From Antechinus flavipes (Eukaryota), in assembly GCF_016432865.1 (NCBI RefSeq), contig NC_067401.1, positions 141,174,001-141,238,000 on the forward strand: a stretch of 64,000 nucleotides of DNA, read 5' to 3'. The position numbers and the translations under genes are program-made. Below the pieces are notes generated by a model, which worked only from the letters and a program-made list of their open reading frames with translations, was not told the DNA's origin and ran no database searches. This document shows positions 26,122-39,969 of this stretch, in pieces. Within the stretch, counting starts at the first letter, position 1. Each line of letters begins with the position of its first letter.

Positions 26122-26627
26122 CTAGGTAACAAAACAAAACAAAGATGATTCAAGACTGGAATTTAGGAAAGAGTGTATGTAACGATTCCATTAAAGCATG
26201 TGCCTGTCATGGAAAAGGGATACAGTGTGAAATGAAAGCTATAGTCTCTGTTGGAGGAATTTATAGTCTGAGAAAGCTCTTGTCTTCGAGAAGGGAGGAG
26301 AAAATCTATCTATATAAAAGCAATGAAGAACACCCTTATTAAGAAACCTATCAATAAACACAAATGCCATCATTTCATGCCGTCAAATTCTATTCTGTAT
26401 TATGATGATTTATGTAGTCATTGCATATTTAAAGCATCATATCCTATCTGCTAGGGTAACTAGGTGGTGCAGTAGATGAGTACCAGGCCTGGGGTCAGGA
26501 AGACTCATCTTCCTAAGTTCAAATCTGACTTCTGACCCTTAAGAGCTGTGTGACTCTGGGCAAATCACTTAACCCTGTTTGCACCTATTTCCTCTTCTGT
26601 CCAATGAACTGTAAAAGGGAGTGACAA

Positions 26628-26780
26628 GGGACAGCAAGTGGCGAAGTAGATAGAGCACCAGCCCTGAAGTCAGGAGGACCTAAGTTCAAATCCCACCTTA
26701 GACATTTAACACTTCCTAGCTGTGTGACCCTGGGCAACTCACTTAACCCCAATTGCCTCAGCAAAAAAAAAAAAAAAAAA
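26628..26780 (+). mobile_element. WSINE1-type SINE nested in a MAR1-type SINE (~26455-26880)
   Basis: tRNA-like head, core, ccccaattgcctcagc plus poly(A); degenerate TSD ending tgacaa on both sides. Confidence 0.8.
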
Positions 26781-29016
26781 GGGGGGGGGGAATGACAAAC
26801 AGCTCCAGTATCTTTGCCAAGAAGAAAAAAAATGGGGTCATGGAGAGTCAGAACATGACTTCGATCATTGTACAGCAACAACAGAAGATCCTGTTTTGCT
26901 TTAAGCTCTATTAAGGCAAATTATTCACAAGAATGTAAGCTTCTTGAGGAGAGGGGTTGTTTTTGCCTTTGTATATTCCTTGTGCTTAACTCGAGTAGTA
27001 AGTGCTTATTAAATGCTTACTGATTTATCACCTCATTCAAACAACCACTTTAATAAATGATGTCTACAGTATACCAACACCAGGAGAGACACAGATAATT
27101 TAGACATGATTCCTGTCGTCCTAGAATTTACACACCTGAATAGTATTATATAAATGTGTAAGTGCTGAGAGAGTCTGAATAAGGTCAAACAGAGTTAATT
27201 AAGAAATACTTCCCTTGTAATAGATGCAAGTTTTATTGAGTCAGCTTTTGAATAAGGAATACAGATTGAAAGCTGCATGTAGAAAACTCACAGCACAAAT
27301 AGGATGCAATCTTTTATTCCTGTAAATCACCTTTTGAGAGGCAGAGTGGTTTAGTGGTTCAAGAGCTCACCCTAGAGTCAGGAAGACCAGGGCTCAAGTC
27401 TCACTTCTGACATAGACTGGCTGTGTGACTGTGGGCAAATCATTGAACTTGAAAGGTCATTAACCTAAGTCGCCAGAGCCAACTTGCTAGGATTCAGTTA
27501 GAGAGACAATGATGATTTATTTGTATTCCTAGAGGGAGCTCCATATCAGAAGCTCCCAGATAATTACAGGAGTGGTTAAAAAAGTAAGCTCCCTCTATCT
27601 AAAAAGGGAAAAAATAGGTCATCACCTCTCCTTCACTTGACATTTTCCAGACTGGGAAACTGAGAGTTACTGAAAGGAAAAGTCATGCCTGTAGGCACAC
27701 AAAAAAATCACTAGAGACCTTAAAAATTCACTCTAGGTGTCCAGGTATTCAGCCCAGTCCTATTACCAGATATTCTCTCAGACTTCCTCCTAGGAAAATG
27801 GTGAAGCAATTCCTCAATTCCAACCTATATTGGCTCTCAAGGCTGAGTGAGTTTAGTCTGTCTGAGCTAAATAATCCTTCCTTTTTTGCCTAGGAGTTGT
27901 CCAGATGGGGAACTCAGACACAAACAGCAGCTTATGTTCAGCTGCCACTAAGCCTGCTGGAGCAAGAGTTTTTGCCAAGAAGAAATTCTAAGGCAAAGAG
28001 AGGCTGAAGAAGGAGCAAAAGGGCCTTCGTGGGAGGTTCCAACGAACCCAAAGCATCAATGTGAGTGACTGGGGACTGGGGGATAGGGGAAAATGAGTAA
28101 TAGCATTTACTATCAATCAGTAACTTTTATTAAAGACTTGCCATGTGCCAGCCACTGAATTAAATGCTAGAGAACAAGCACAAAAGGCAGTCCCTGCCCT
28201 TAAGGAGTTTATAGTCTAATGGTGAAATATGAAATAAAAAGGAAGTGAAGTGAGTTCTTTCTTGGTAGCAAAATGGTAAAGCTTAGAGTCAGAAGCAAAG
28301 CCAGAAGATTGGAAGGATAAGGAGGCCATCAAAATGAAGTTTACAGGAGGAATTTACCAAAGAGGAATGGTGACTTACAATGTAATTCACTCGTATTTAG
28401 TTGCACATTTTCTTTGCATGTGTTCTTTACGCTTTTTTGTTTTCACAGATGTGTCCTTTGTCTTTCCACATACTGAAGATGTTTACTGAAGAATGACAAG
28501 ATCAAAACACCTTGGTGTTTATCAAGTCCATTTTAACTGAAGCCCAATTGGTTCTGATTCTTTGTAATGCCATTTTAGGGATTTTCCTTAGCAAAGATTC
28601 TAAAGTGGTTTGCCATTTCCTTCTACAGCTCATTTTACTGATGAGGAGATTGAGGCAAACAGGATTAAGTGACTTGCTTGAGGTCACAATGTTAGTATGA
28701 GGCCTTCTTAAAGATGGAGGGAGAGAAAGAGGGGAAAAGAAGAGGAAGAAAAGTTCTAGGTCTTCCCCTAAAATCCAGGAGAAGGCTCTGTGATCCAGAA
28801 GGGATACTAAAGACAAATGTTTGTGCCTATAAATGAAACTAATATATAATCTAAATAGCAAGGATGAAGATTTTGTTACTTTTAATCAAAGTCACTTAAA
28901 AAAAGGTAACTCACTATTCCCCATCAAAGATTTTAAAACATGGCTATTCATAAAACCTCATTTCATTCTCAGAGAAAAACCCTAACTAGGATTCATACTC
29001 TAAAAAGTGTATCAGG

Positions 29017-29783
29017 CATCCAGATATTCTGGAGAGAAATTTGGAACTATGCTCAAAAAGTTATCAAACTGTGCATACTCTTTGATCCAGCAGCATTTCT
29101 ACTGGGCTTATACCCCAAAGAGATACTAAAGAAGGGAAAGGGACCTGTATGTACCAAAATGTTTGTGGCAGCCCTGTTTGTAGTGGCTAGAAGCTGGAAA
29201 ATGAATGGATGCCCATCAATTGGAGAATGGTTGAGTAAACTGTGGTATATGAACGTTATGGAATATTATTGTTCTGTAAGAAATGACCAACAGGATGAAT
29301 ACAGAGAGGACTGGCGAGACTTACATGAACTGATGCTAAGTGAAATGAGCAGAACCAGATCATTATATATCTCAACAACAATACTGTATGAGGATGTATT
29401 TTGATAGAAGTGGATCTCTTCAATAAAGAGATTTAATTCAGTTTCAATTGATCAAGGATGGACAGAAGCAGCTACACCCAAAGAAAGAACACTGGGAAAT
29501 GAATATAAACTGCTTGCATTTTTGCTTTTCTTCCCGGGTTATTTATACCTTCTAAATCCAATTCTCCCTGTGCAACAAGAGAACTGTTCAGTTCTGCACA
29601 CATATATTGTATCTAGGATATATTGTAACCTATTTAACATGTAAAGGACTGTTGCCATCTGGGAGAGGGGGTGGAGGGAGGGAGGAGAAAAATCGGAACA
29701 GAAGTGAGTACAAGGGATAATGTTGTAAAAAAAAATTACGCTGTCATGGGTTCTGTCAATAAAAAGTTATTTAAAAATTTTAA
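29017..29783 (+). mobile_element. 5'-truncated L1 (same subfamily as 22949)
   Basis: Uninterrupted ORF2 C-terminus (KLWYMNVMEYY); perfect 15-bp TSD aaaaagtgtatcagg (29002-29016 and 29784-29798). Confidence 0.92.
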
Positions 29784-31182
29784 AAAAAGTGTATCAGGGA
29801 TGGAGAAGTAGGAAAGGAAAGAAGGAAACAAGCATATTTCGCATCTAATATGTCTGAGACACTGTACTAAGTACTTTTCAAATATTATATTTGATCTTCA
29901 CAACAATCCTGGGAGATAGGCACTAATATTATGCATTTTAGTGTTAAGAAAACTGAAGCAGAAAAATGGTTACATGATCTACCCAGGGTCACACAATTAG
30001 TAAGCATCTTTTGCCTCATTTGAACTCAGTTCTTCCTCACTTTAGGCCTTGAACACCACCTATATACTTCTAGGAAAAGGGATGACATATCCCATTTTAG
30101 GGAAAAAAAACCAAACCAGCAAATTGAGGGGCATCTCTGGTCATTCTGATTTATATTCTGCCATTGGACCATGATGCTCTCTCTGGAAGAGAAAGTGAGG
30201 CTGATGACTTTATACAATCCAAACACACTTAAATCCAATTCACTTTCTCTTTAAGAAGGAAAAACAAACAAGAAAAATCTATTTTTTTCTTCTAGACTTA
30301 TCTACTAGTGTCCTTTTATGCTTTGATAAAACAATGTGGTATTTTTACAGCTAATGAAACAACTGGTGATACCATTTCAGGGCAAGCTAGACCAAATTAA
30401 ACGGAAAGTCAGATGTTCCTTATCCTTGTCATTCAGAATCAGGACTCAATTATCTGTGGATTGAAGGAAACTGTAGGCCAAATAATGCCCAGTTGTTAAT
30501 TCAAAACTATCTCTTATGGACCTTCAAATTTGTCATATGACTACTTTTTTGCAGCAGCAGCAGCAGCAAATTTACCATACTAATTATGATTACGTTAGCT
30601 GATACTGAAATTAATTTTCTTCCCCTAAGGACACATCGAGTAATGGAGGAAGAGACAAACCAAATATGTGCTAAGGAAAGCCAATTTAGAATTTTAAAGT
30701 TTGTCATGGAAAATTCACACAGATAATTGATAACTTATTGGCTACTATGAAGAATTACCCTCCCTCAAAGAATTTATCATCTAATATGGTAAGCCAGAAT
30801 CAATGGACTCATCAATTCTGTATTATACAACTGTAATCATTTTTCACCCAATGGGGTCACTTGAGGCAACCTCCATACTACAAATAGAAAAGATATGAGA
30901 ATTTCATTCAAATGGGCCTAAGGACACTGACTGAAGCAGCCAAAACACAATAATAAAAACAATAAGCGTTTATATAGGATTTCACATATATTATATTATT
31001 TGGTCCTTATAATAATTCTCTGAAGTTTAGTGCTAGTATCCTCATTTTACAGATAAGGAAACAAACTGAGAGAAGCTAAATTATTTAGAGTCATAGTCAG
31101 TTGTGTTGGAAATGGGATTTTTATTCCAGTCTTCCTGATGCAAGTCCAGCATACTATCTTTTGCATCATAGAGCTAGTGAAT

Positions 31183-31724
31183 TGTTGGGGGCCGGGCCAG
31201 GTCAGGTCCCTGTTCAGTCAGGTCCTGTCAGGTCCTGTCAGGTCCTTTCAGGTCCCTGTTCGGGCGCCAGTTGTTGGGGGCCGGGCCAGGTCACAGGAAA
31301 ATGGGAAACCACAACAGAGACTGCCTCTTCCAGCTTCCCCGAGCCTGACGGGGCTTCGGACGTCTCCGGCCTTCCTCGTGGAGACGGGAGGAGGGAATCA
31401 CCAGACAGAGAGCCGAGGTTGATAGAACAGTGATGTTTATTGATGCTACAAGTCAGCCGTGTCTCCCCGAACCACCCCGTGCAGCTCTTTTTTATAGCCC
31501 TTATCCTTCCTCATTACTGTACACCAATCGGGACAGAGAGTCCTCCCCAATCCCTCCCCGAAAGGAGGAGCCTAACCTTACTGTGCCTCCCCTGTCCCCC
31601 AACCTGTCCAGACTCCACCACACCATCAGCACCACCTTGGTAGTCCAGGGATACAGGTTAGGGTGGGCCTGACACAAAGGCGTCTCAACTCATCCCAGGA
31701 GGGTCAGGTCCAGAGCCTCTTACA
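31183..31724 (-). mobile_element. Young ERV2/betaretrovirus-like remnant: 453-bp LTR (31272-31724) + tRNA-Lys PBS (31252-31269) + repeat spacer + 22-bp second LTR end (31183-31204)
   Basis: Perfect 6-bp TSD GTGAAT (31177-31182 and 31725-31730); TG...CA termini; PBS TGGCGCCCGAACAGGGAC; TATAAAAAA at 31488-31496 and AATAAA at 31436-31441 on the minus strand; CpGs retained. Confidence 0.9.
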
Positions 31725-32523
31725 GTGAATAATCTAGCAATAAACATTATAATCTAAGCACTCCATGCTTATCCTCTCCTGAAATAAAATAAAGTAGTAT
31801 GACTTTTTCTTTTTCAGTGGTGACATTAACTTGGGGAGTTTGGCTAGAGTCCTGGTACTCACATGGCACCATATTTTTTTATCATCAACCCCAGGGATAC
31901 AGAATCAGCTTGAAGAGGCCTTAGAGACAGTTAATTCCAAACCTTTAATTTGACAAGTAAAATAGAAGCATAGAACAATTAGGGAATGTAACCCAAATCA
32001 TCGAGTTTAACAGTCTCTTAATTCCTGTTCTACCTAATGTGACAAGCCTGGGCTATGTCTATTCTATGCTCTTCTCAGGACATCCAGAGACCACAAATTC
32101 ATTTTAACTTTAAGTGAAACCATAGTTAGGAAGATAAATCTGCTCAAGAGGGAAATAATAATACACTACAAAGGCAAAAAGATTACTGCTCTTTTAAATA
32201 TCATACCAGTACCACTACTCCCTTCTTTATGGAGAGGAAGGAGAGAGTTAACTTTGTACAGAATATCAAAGAGCAATGCAGCCAGGATACAGTATCAGGA
32301 AACCCAAGTTCTAGCCTCAAGTTTATCCCTAGCAAATCATTTCATCTGTCTGTGTCTGTGAAAACAAAGTACAGCTGTTCCCTCTCGAGAAGGCCAGGAG
32401 CATTAAAATACAAACATGGGATGGCTTTGGACTTCTTGAGTTAAAAGTCAAGGAGTGCAATGTCACTGTACAAAGAACATAAAACCTTTTTGTGTATGAA
32501 GACATAAGAAAACCTGGTTTCCT

Positions 32524-33133
32524 GAAAAGTAAGTAGAAGTCCATCAGGAGGGGGATAGCTGAATAAATTATGGTATGTACATGTAATGAAATAGTATTGT
32601 TCTATAAGAAATGATCAGCAGGAGAATTTCAGAAAGGCCTGGAGAGACTTATATGAACTGATGCTAAGTGAAGTGAGTAGAACCAAGAGAACATTGTACA
32701 CAGCAAGAACAAGATTATGTGATGATCAACTCTAAAGGACCTGGCTCTTTTCAACAATAAGGTGATTTAGGCCAATTCCAATAGATTTGTGACAGAGAGA
32801 GCATCTGCATCCAGAAAGAGAATTATGAGAAGTGAATGTGGATCACAACATAGGATTTTCACCTTTTTTGTTGTTTTTTTTGCTTACTTTTTCTTATATT
32901 TCTCATTTTTTTCTTTTTTATTCTGTTTTTTCTTCTGCAGCACGATAAATGTTGAAATATGTTTAGAAGAATTGCAGATATTTAACCTAAATTGTGTTAT
33001 TTGCTGTGTAGGGGAGGGGGGTTGAGGGAGGGGAAAAATTTTGAAACACAAGGTTTTACACGGGTGAATGTTAAAAACTATTTTACATGTATTTTGAAAA
33101 TAAAAAGCTATTATTTAAAAATAAAGAAAGAAG
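32524..33133 (+). mobile_element. 5'-truncated older L1
   Basis: L1 3' end; 16-bp TSD gaaaac(c/t)tggtt(t/c)cct with 2 mismatches (32508-32523 and 33134-33149). Confidence 0.85.
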
Positions 33134-33689
33134 GAAAACTTGGTTCCCTCAAGAAACTTGTAGTCTAATTAGAGAGACAGGATAGAAAATGAAAGTTGAA
33201 AAATTAATGGACAACTTATAGATGGATGGATGAAAAGTATAAATTTCACAACTAGGCACTGAGTCGTCTCTTCCTTCTAAAATACAGGTTCTAATAAAAT
33301 GGACTAGTAGAGAAGTGTTTACAATCCTTTCATTGTTAGAATTTAAGGCATAACCTCTAAGTCACCTGTCTTCTAGGTCTTTTACTTATTGCTATGAAGT
33401 ATTATGTGTAGGGCATTTTGGAAGACTATAAATACTCCTTATGGACAAGAATTAAGTCTATATTTCTTTTCTTCTATCCCCACAAAGTAGGTACTCAAAA
33501 AATGCTTACTGAATGAATGGTGAATTTTTAGAAGTTTCTTTTCCCGGGACAAATAACTGCATCCAGTTAGCCAAACTCCATGGGCAGTAATCACAGAAGC
33601 AAAGAATTTAAGCTTAAAGTTCATTTGTCCAGTTCTTCCATTTAATGGAAGAAGCACAAAGACTAGAACTCCTTGCCCAAAGTCACATT

Positions 33690-33922
33690 CAAGGATATGC
33701 AGGAGTTAGCTTGAATTGACTCGGGAGAGTAAGTTGTTAAACATCAACATCTGTGAAATCTGCAAAAGCTACAAAATCAGGACTTGTTTTGTTGATGGTC
33801 TGGACTTGAGAAAACTATGAAGAAAATATTAATGATGCACATTAAACTTTAAAAGAGCATTATGATGATATTACACACACACACGAAAGCTGATTGTTAA
33901 AATATTTACCGGTACACCCCTG
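33690..33922 (+). mobile_element. hAT-like MITE
   Basis: Degenerate terminal inverted repeats (caaggatatgcagg ... ccggtacacccctg); internal similarity to 295-666. Confidence 0.55.
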
Positions 33923-35449
33923 AATGTTATAGGGTAGAGAAACCAGGATTACAATGCAGATGCTAATCTCAGTACAGGGTTCTTTCTACTATATAAAATT
34001 ACTTAGAACCTATTAGATAGGCAAATTGAAAAATGAATTGGCAATTAGTCCCAGATGATTAAAATCACTAGCCGAGATAGAAAAGGCACTGGGAAATCAG
34101 TTTACAATCCTAATTACATCTAATTCTTTATTTTTTGGAATTCTCAGTCGAAGCTCATTCAAAATAAGTTTCTTTCAAACCACAGTTCTAGGGTCATCCT
34201 ACAAATAAAACAGCCTCTTTTTAGAGTTACTTCCCACACCTCCTTCTTTCCTGGAGTAATTTTCTTTTCAGCTTTTAGATTACAAATTTAGGAGAAAAGA
34301 CACTTCTATATGAAGCCTTTCTTAATTCCTTCTATCTATTAATGCCTTCCTCTCCCAAAAAAATCATCTTGGATTTTTTTTTTTTTTGGTATATACCTAT
34401 ATAAGTGTGAGTTGTCACCTTCAACAGAAGACCCTGAGTACAAGGTGTTTTTATCTTTTTTTATTTTTGTAACCCCAGCACCGCATACACAAAGTAGGTG
34501 CTTAACAAATACTTGATGAATGATAGGTTAGACTATTTGCACAGAAGACAAGCAAATTCTCTTCATGATAAAGAAAACCACAAATTTCCAGTAGAGGAAT
34601 CCAAATTGGAACTCAGGACAAACATCAAGCATGGGGGGAGGGGAGAAAGGATTATAAACTTTCTCTAGTAGCTGAAGAAAAAAAAAGATCACCAGTAGCC
34701 TCAAAGAGGTAACATGTCACAGTGGATAGAGTGCTAGAGTTAGAGATGGTTATCCCACCTCTGTCACTTTCTAGATATATGCCAATCAAGTCAGTCAGTC
34801 ATCAAACATTTATTAAGCCCTTAATATATGCCAGGCATTCTCAAAGGTCTAAGAAAGCAAAAACTGTCCTTGTCCTCAAGGAGATACATTCTTCTCCCTC
34901 CCCCCCCCATAAAATAAAGGACATTTCCTGAGGTTATGGCAGTGGGGAAGGTCTAATAATGAAGTTTTAGAGTACTTAACATATTGAGTGGACCAGGAAA
35001 CTTGGAAAATATCATTTACTTTATCATGAAGCATTTCACTTGTGTTTTAGTGTGTAAAATGGTAGAAAGCTTGTCCCAGAGTGACCCTTGAGTGCCAATT
35101 GGATGCTTCCTATGGCTGTGGGCAATTGAGGCCAGCTCACAGGACCCAGCACTCTAGACTTCACTAGGAGACCTCTTTAAAGCAGGTAGAGGAGAAGACG
35201 CGCAATTTACATAGGATCCTATCTATGGCTCTGATTAAAGACACAGTATTCATGGTGGGGTTCTTTCAGGTTGGCAGCTGGAGATATTTCAAGGAGCACA
35301 TATTCTAATAGCATAACATGCTACAACCTATGTATGTACAAAATATACAAGGTAGATAGTAAGCAATTTCAGAGGCAAGGTCTTAGCAGTGGAATATAAC
35401 ACACTCCACATCTGAAGCACAACCAACGAAAAGACATTTTTCTGGACAC

Positions 35450-35960
35450 AGAACAACAAGTAGCCCAGTATAGCAGAATAATTAAAAGTGGATGACCAGG
35501 GGAATCAAGTATAGGCCTTGAAAGGTAGGAAAGAACTAGCTGTGAAGACCATTGCATTTTGTATTTGCTTTGGAAGTAACAGAGAGTCACTGGAGTTTAC
35601 TGAGGATAGAAGTGGCATGGTGAGATCTTTATTTCAGGAAAATCACTTTGGTAGCTGAAGTATTAGTTATGCTAAGAATTGAAAGACTTGAGGCAAGGAG
35701 CCAATCAAAATGCAACTATGATAATCCAAGCATCAGAGGGACTATTCTGTGAACAGAGGGAAAAGGGACTTATCTGAGAAATGTAGTGAAAATAGAAATG
35801 AGAAGACATGACAATAATTGAATATGTGGGGTAAATGCAGGTGAGGAATTGAATGCTGAAGTGGGTTGCCTTCCTGGGTCAATTTGAAGATAGGAGCGCC
35901 CTCAACAATAACAGTAAAGTTGTGAAGAGGTAATGATTTTGGGGAGAAAGAATCATCTTC
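35450..35960 (-). mobile_element. L2 fragment
   Basis: Antisense purine-rich L2 body (gaaaatcactttggtagctg...). Confidence 0.55.
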
Positions 35961-36073
35961 CTCACCTTTGAAGTGAGGGGTTTGCACTAGATGGTCTTTG
36001 AAGGTCCTTTCCAATTTTATGATCCCATGAAAGTCTCTAAATGTACAATTATATTATCTATATTTCATTAGAT

Positions 36074-36850
36074 CAGGGGCTCTCAACTTGGTGTATGTGT
36101 AGGACAAACTTGTCAAAGAGATAGACTACCTTTGGTGAGTTTCTTTATTCAGTTGGTGAAATATATTGTATTGTACTGCTGCAATAATATTGTTAGCAAA
36201 AAAAATTGTGGATTAGCACATCTGAAAGAGCTGAAAATCTGAAGACTGAAAATATAATTTCTGCTGATCAAAATCAAATAAATAGCATTTGGATATGAAA
36301 TATTTTTGCATGGAAATATGAAAAAAATTAGCAACGGTCCAGTGAAAGGTGAATGAATTGATAATTATGATAATATAATCAGAATCTCAAAATTTATTTC
36401 TAATCAATTCAGTGCTAAAATTTTTTTAGTGTATTCTTAGAGAAGCACATATTCCAATGGTGCTCACAAAAGGTTTTTACTTAAACAACTGATCTCTTTG
36501 AATCATAATGCTCAATCCCCAATCAAATCCAAAGAAAGAAATTAGAACATTAATATATTTGGAAACTTTTTTGCAAAAATCACACCGAAATTAAAATTGC
36601 CAGTTGACAGGAAACAGAACCAATTCATTTGAATATTCTGAAGAACTCTTAACAACTTACAATAGTAAATAAATAGTAAAAAAAAAAAAAAAAGTTTATG
36701 TACTAAATAAACTTTTCTTCTCTGTTTCTCATATGAATTGGCTACTGGGAAGATTTATAGAATATTAAATGTTGATCTTACAATATTTGCAAAAAATAAA
36801 AAGTAGATATTTAGGATATTTATGTTTTTTTGGACATTTTTCTATTCTTT
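36074..36850 (+). mobile_element. Possible decayed hAT/Charlie DNA transposon remnant
   Basis: Starts with caggggctctcaa (hAT TIR-like) followed by very AT-rich sequence; no readable transposase. Confidence 0.35.
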
Positions 36851-39800
36851 TGGAAGAAAAATATATTTAAACTCCTAGAAGACAAGGACAGCTTTATTTA
36901 TGTCTTTTCATATAGACTTTAAGATTTGCCAAAAACCGTACAAATGACATTTCATTTGATCCTTTCAACAATCCTACGAAGTTAGTGCTATTATTATATT
37001 TTACAGATGAGGAAATTGAGGCAGACAGAGATTAAGTGACTAGCCCAGAATCACACAGGTAAAGCCAAGTGATAAAGGAACCAAAAAATATGAGAACCAC
37101 TGTCCAAGATAAGTGTGTGCCTTTTGTGATGGTAGAGGGAGGAGGGATGAAGGTGAAAATAGCACCTGGAGTTATCATTTCTTTGCAAACTGTGAGCTAC
37201 TCACAGGTCAAAGTGTTTTAACTATACAGAGAATTAATCCAATGGTTCTAACTCCTTCTAAGTAGGCATAGTTTTCTGATTGGGGATGGGGGGGGGGGGG
37301 GGAGACAAAGATTAAAAAGCAAAATCACATAGCAAATTGGAGCAAACCTCGGGTTAGAACCAAGAACATCTATGTACCTCCCAGCCTGGTTCTCCAGCCT
37401 GCCACAGCCTGGCAAGTCTCTCACAATGAAATAAGATGAATCTGTTGAGATTATGGAACTGAGATGTTGAAAGAAGAAACCCTGTTCCATCCCTCATTCC
37501 CTCCATAAAAGCTCAGAACTCATGGAAGAAATAAGCTTCTGGTTTCTCATTTTACCCTGTCTAAAACCTAAAGACTCTTCCCATACTGCCAGGGGCACTC
37601 TTCTTCATTAACCTGCATCTCTAATGAATGTAGCCCATTCTCCCTTCTTTCAGCTGGCTCTCTGGATTTCATATGGTGCACACACACCAGACAGAAGCTT
37701 TCCCCTCCCACTGCTTACCAAAGGGAATGTATATATTTTGCTCCAGTGATCAATATAATCATTCAGGAAAACGAGTCATTCCCTGCCTTGGGACCTAATT
37801 ATTTTCTCATGGAACCAACAGTTGCAAAAATATATTGTTTTCTAGTTAACTGTTAAGTACTATTTTTATATACAGCTTTCTCATTCCTAATCTTTCATTA
37901 TGGGGGAGATGCAACTATTTAAACCAGTGAGTGCTCTCAATCCTCCCTCAGCCTATTAAGCAGCCTGCACCATTCATTCCTCTCCAATCTGCCAATTACT
38001 GGCCTCCAGAGTGAAGAGATGTTGATGAGTCAGTGGGTGCTGCCACTCCCTTCTAAGTAGCACATAATGTTGCCATATCTTAGTTTCATCTGAAGGCTAG
38101 CAGTGCTATTGGGAGTAAAGAAATAGGCATAAAACTGAGTCTTTTCATTCAAGGTGGCTGGACATTGCCACCTTCTCTCCTGGGAAATAAGAGGACTGGG
38201 GAAACTAATCCTAGTCCATGGACAGGAAGTTGAAAACCAAAGTTAATTTTAAGAAAGATACATTTTCATTCAGTGAGCAATAGAGAAAAAGAACCCAGAA
38301 GTTCTAACACCAAGTCCCATATTCTCAAGAGACCACCCCAAATGCCACTGGGTACCTACTTATGAACCAATAAACAAGAAGCCTCCTGAAGTATGCTGGG
38401 TTCTGTCCAAACTCACATTCATGTTTTCTTTTATCTCTGCTTACCCTACTCAGGAATTTTCAAGAGAGGATAAGAAAGGTAATTGAATTAAACCCTATAC
38501 TGAGACACACAGCTGGATCACAGTAACTGGGATAAGTGATAGTCTAGAAAGCTGAATTATGTTTCTAGCTCAGTCGCAGCTCTTAGGTAAATCCCTTGCT
38601 CTTAGCTGAGGAACTCTTTTCTATCTCCATCTGATTTAGGGTCAGTGAAAAAGGCCAACTGGTATCCAAGAGATGTCTGTCTTGTCAGAATCCTGTAGCT
38701 CTAAGAACTGTCTTTAGGAATTTAAAATCCTTTCCTATCTGGCTGCATTTTTCCACATTGTGCATTATATAAAAACCTATTTTCCACATTATGCAACACC
38801 CCCCACACACCATTTAGTACAACAAAAATAAGCTTTTTGTTGTTCTTCATTCACATAAGACATTGTCTCATAATTCCTTTTCTTTGCATCACGAAATAAA
38901 CTACTTCCTCATCTCTGCCAGTTTCTTTCAGAGTTCAGCTTATACTTCCTACATGAACTATTTTAAAAAATATTTTGTTTTCTATTGCAATCTTACAGAG
39001 CAATAGCCATCTGAAAATAACAGAAAAGAATTATATATGAAACTGCAAACTAGTTACATAGTTCTAAAAGCACATACTCAATACAAAATAATAACAAAAT
39101 CACCTTGATCTTTTGTATAAGATATCTTTTGGAACTTCATTCTGTTCTCTGTGTATTTTTTCTTCTTTGACCCCATGAGATCTTTTCCTGATTCCACTAG
39201 GGGGTATTGCCTCTCAACTTCAAAATGACTTTGCATTTTGTATATATTTATATACATAAGATTTTGTGCGTTATCTTCCTCAATAAGATGTATATTCCTT
39301 GAGAGAGGCTTTCATTTTTGTTTTAGTTTCTCATGCTTAGCACAGTACCCTGCGTCATAGTTGGCACCTAAATCAATACTTATTCAAAATGTAAGTATAT
39401 GACTTGACTAGCTGATAGTTTTAAATTTATATTATACAACAAGGAAGACACCATTCTTTTGCCATATATGGCTGGCTATACATTTTTACTACTAAACCTC
39501 CAAAAACTGTACCTTGGATGGAAATCATCCCCTAGTCAGATTGAGCTGTCTTAATGAGTTAATGAGCACAAACTCATCAGTACCTCTCTTTTGCCAGCCA
39601 ACAACCATCAGATGTTTCCTTCCAACTATCCATCCAGTGCCCTGCAGTAAAGAACCTACTACTGGCTCTGGCAATTGTAATCAAAACAATACTGCCAATG
39701 CAGTCATATTGATCAACTTCTCTTTTGTTCCATTTATGATTACTGTGATTTTCCAAGCCAAAACGCCACTCCTATAGATGTGTTATTTTCCCAATGAAAT

Positions 39801-39969
39801 GTATTATCTTTGAAGGTAAAGATTCTTTCCACTTTGTATTAATATTTCAATTGCTTTAAATATAATAATTACTTAATATAAGCTCTTCATTTAATAAATC
39901 TTCATATGCCACATTCTATTGTCCTCTACAATTCCTATTCTTAGCTTCCTCTTTATATTAGCTTGATTA

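Noticed and set aside
28940-29404. 154-aa ORF as a novel gene
   Set aside because: It is 26 codons of intron/TSD fused by chance to the L1 ORF2 C-terminus; no promoter or splice support.
31101-31672. ORFs overlapping the ERV2 remnant as viral accessory genes
   Set aside because: Antisense to the LTR, driven by the 10-mer repeat and high GC; no viral motif.
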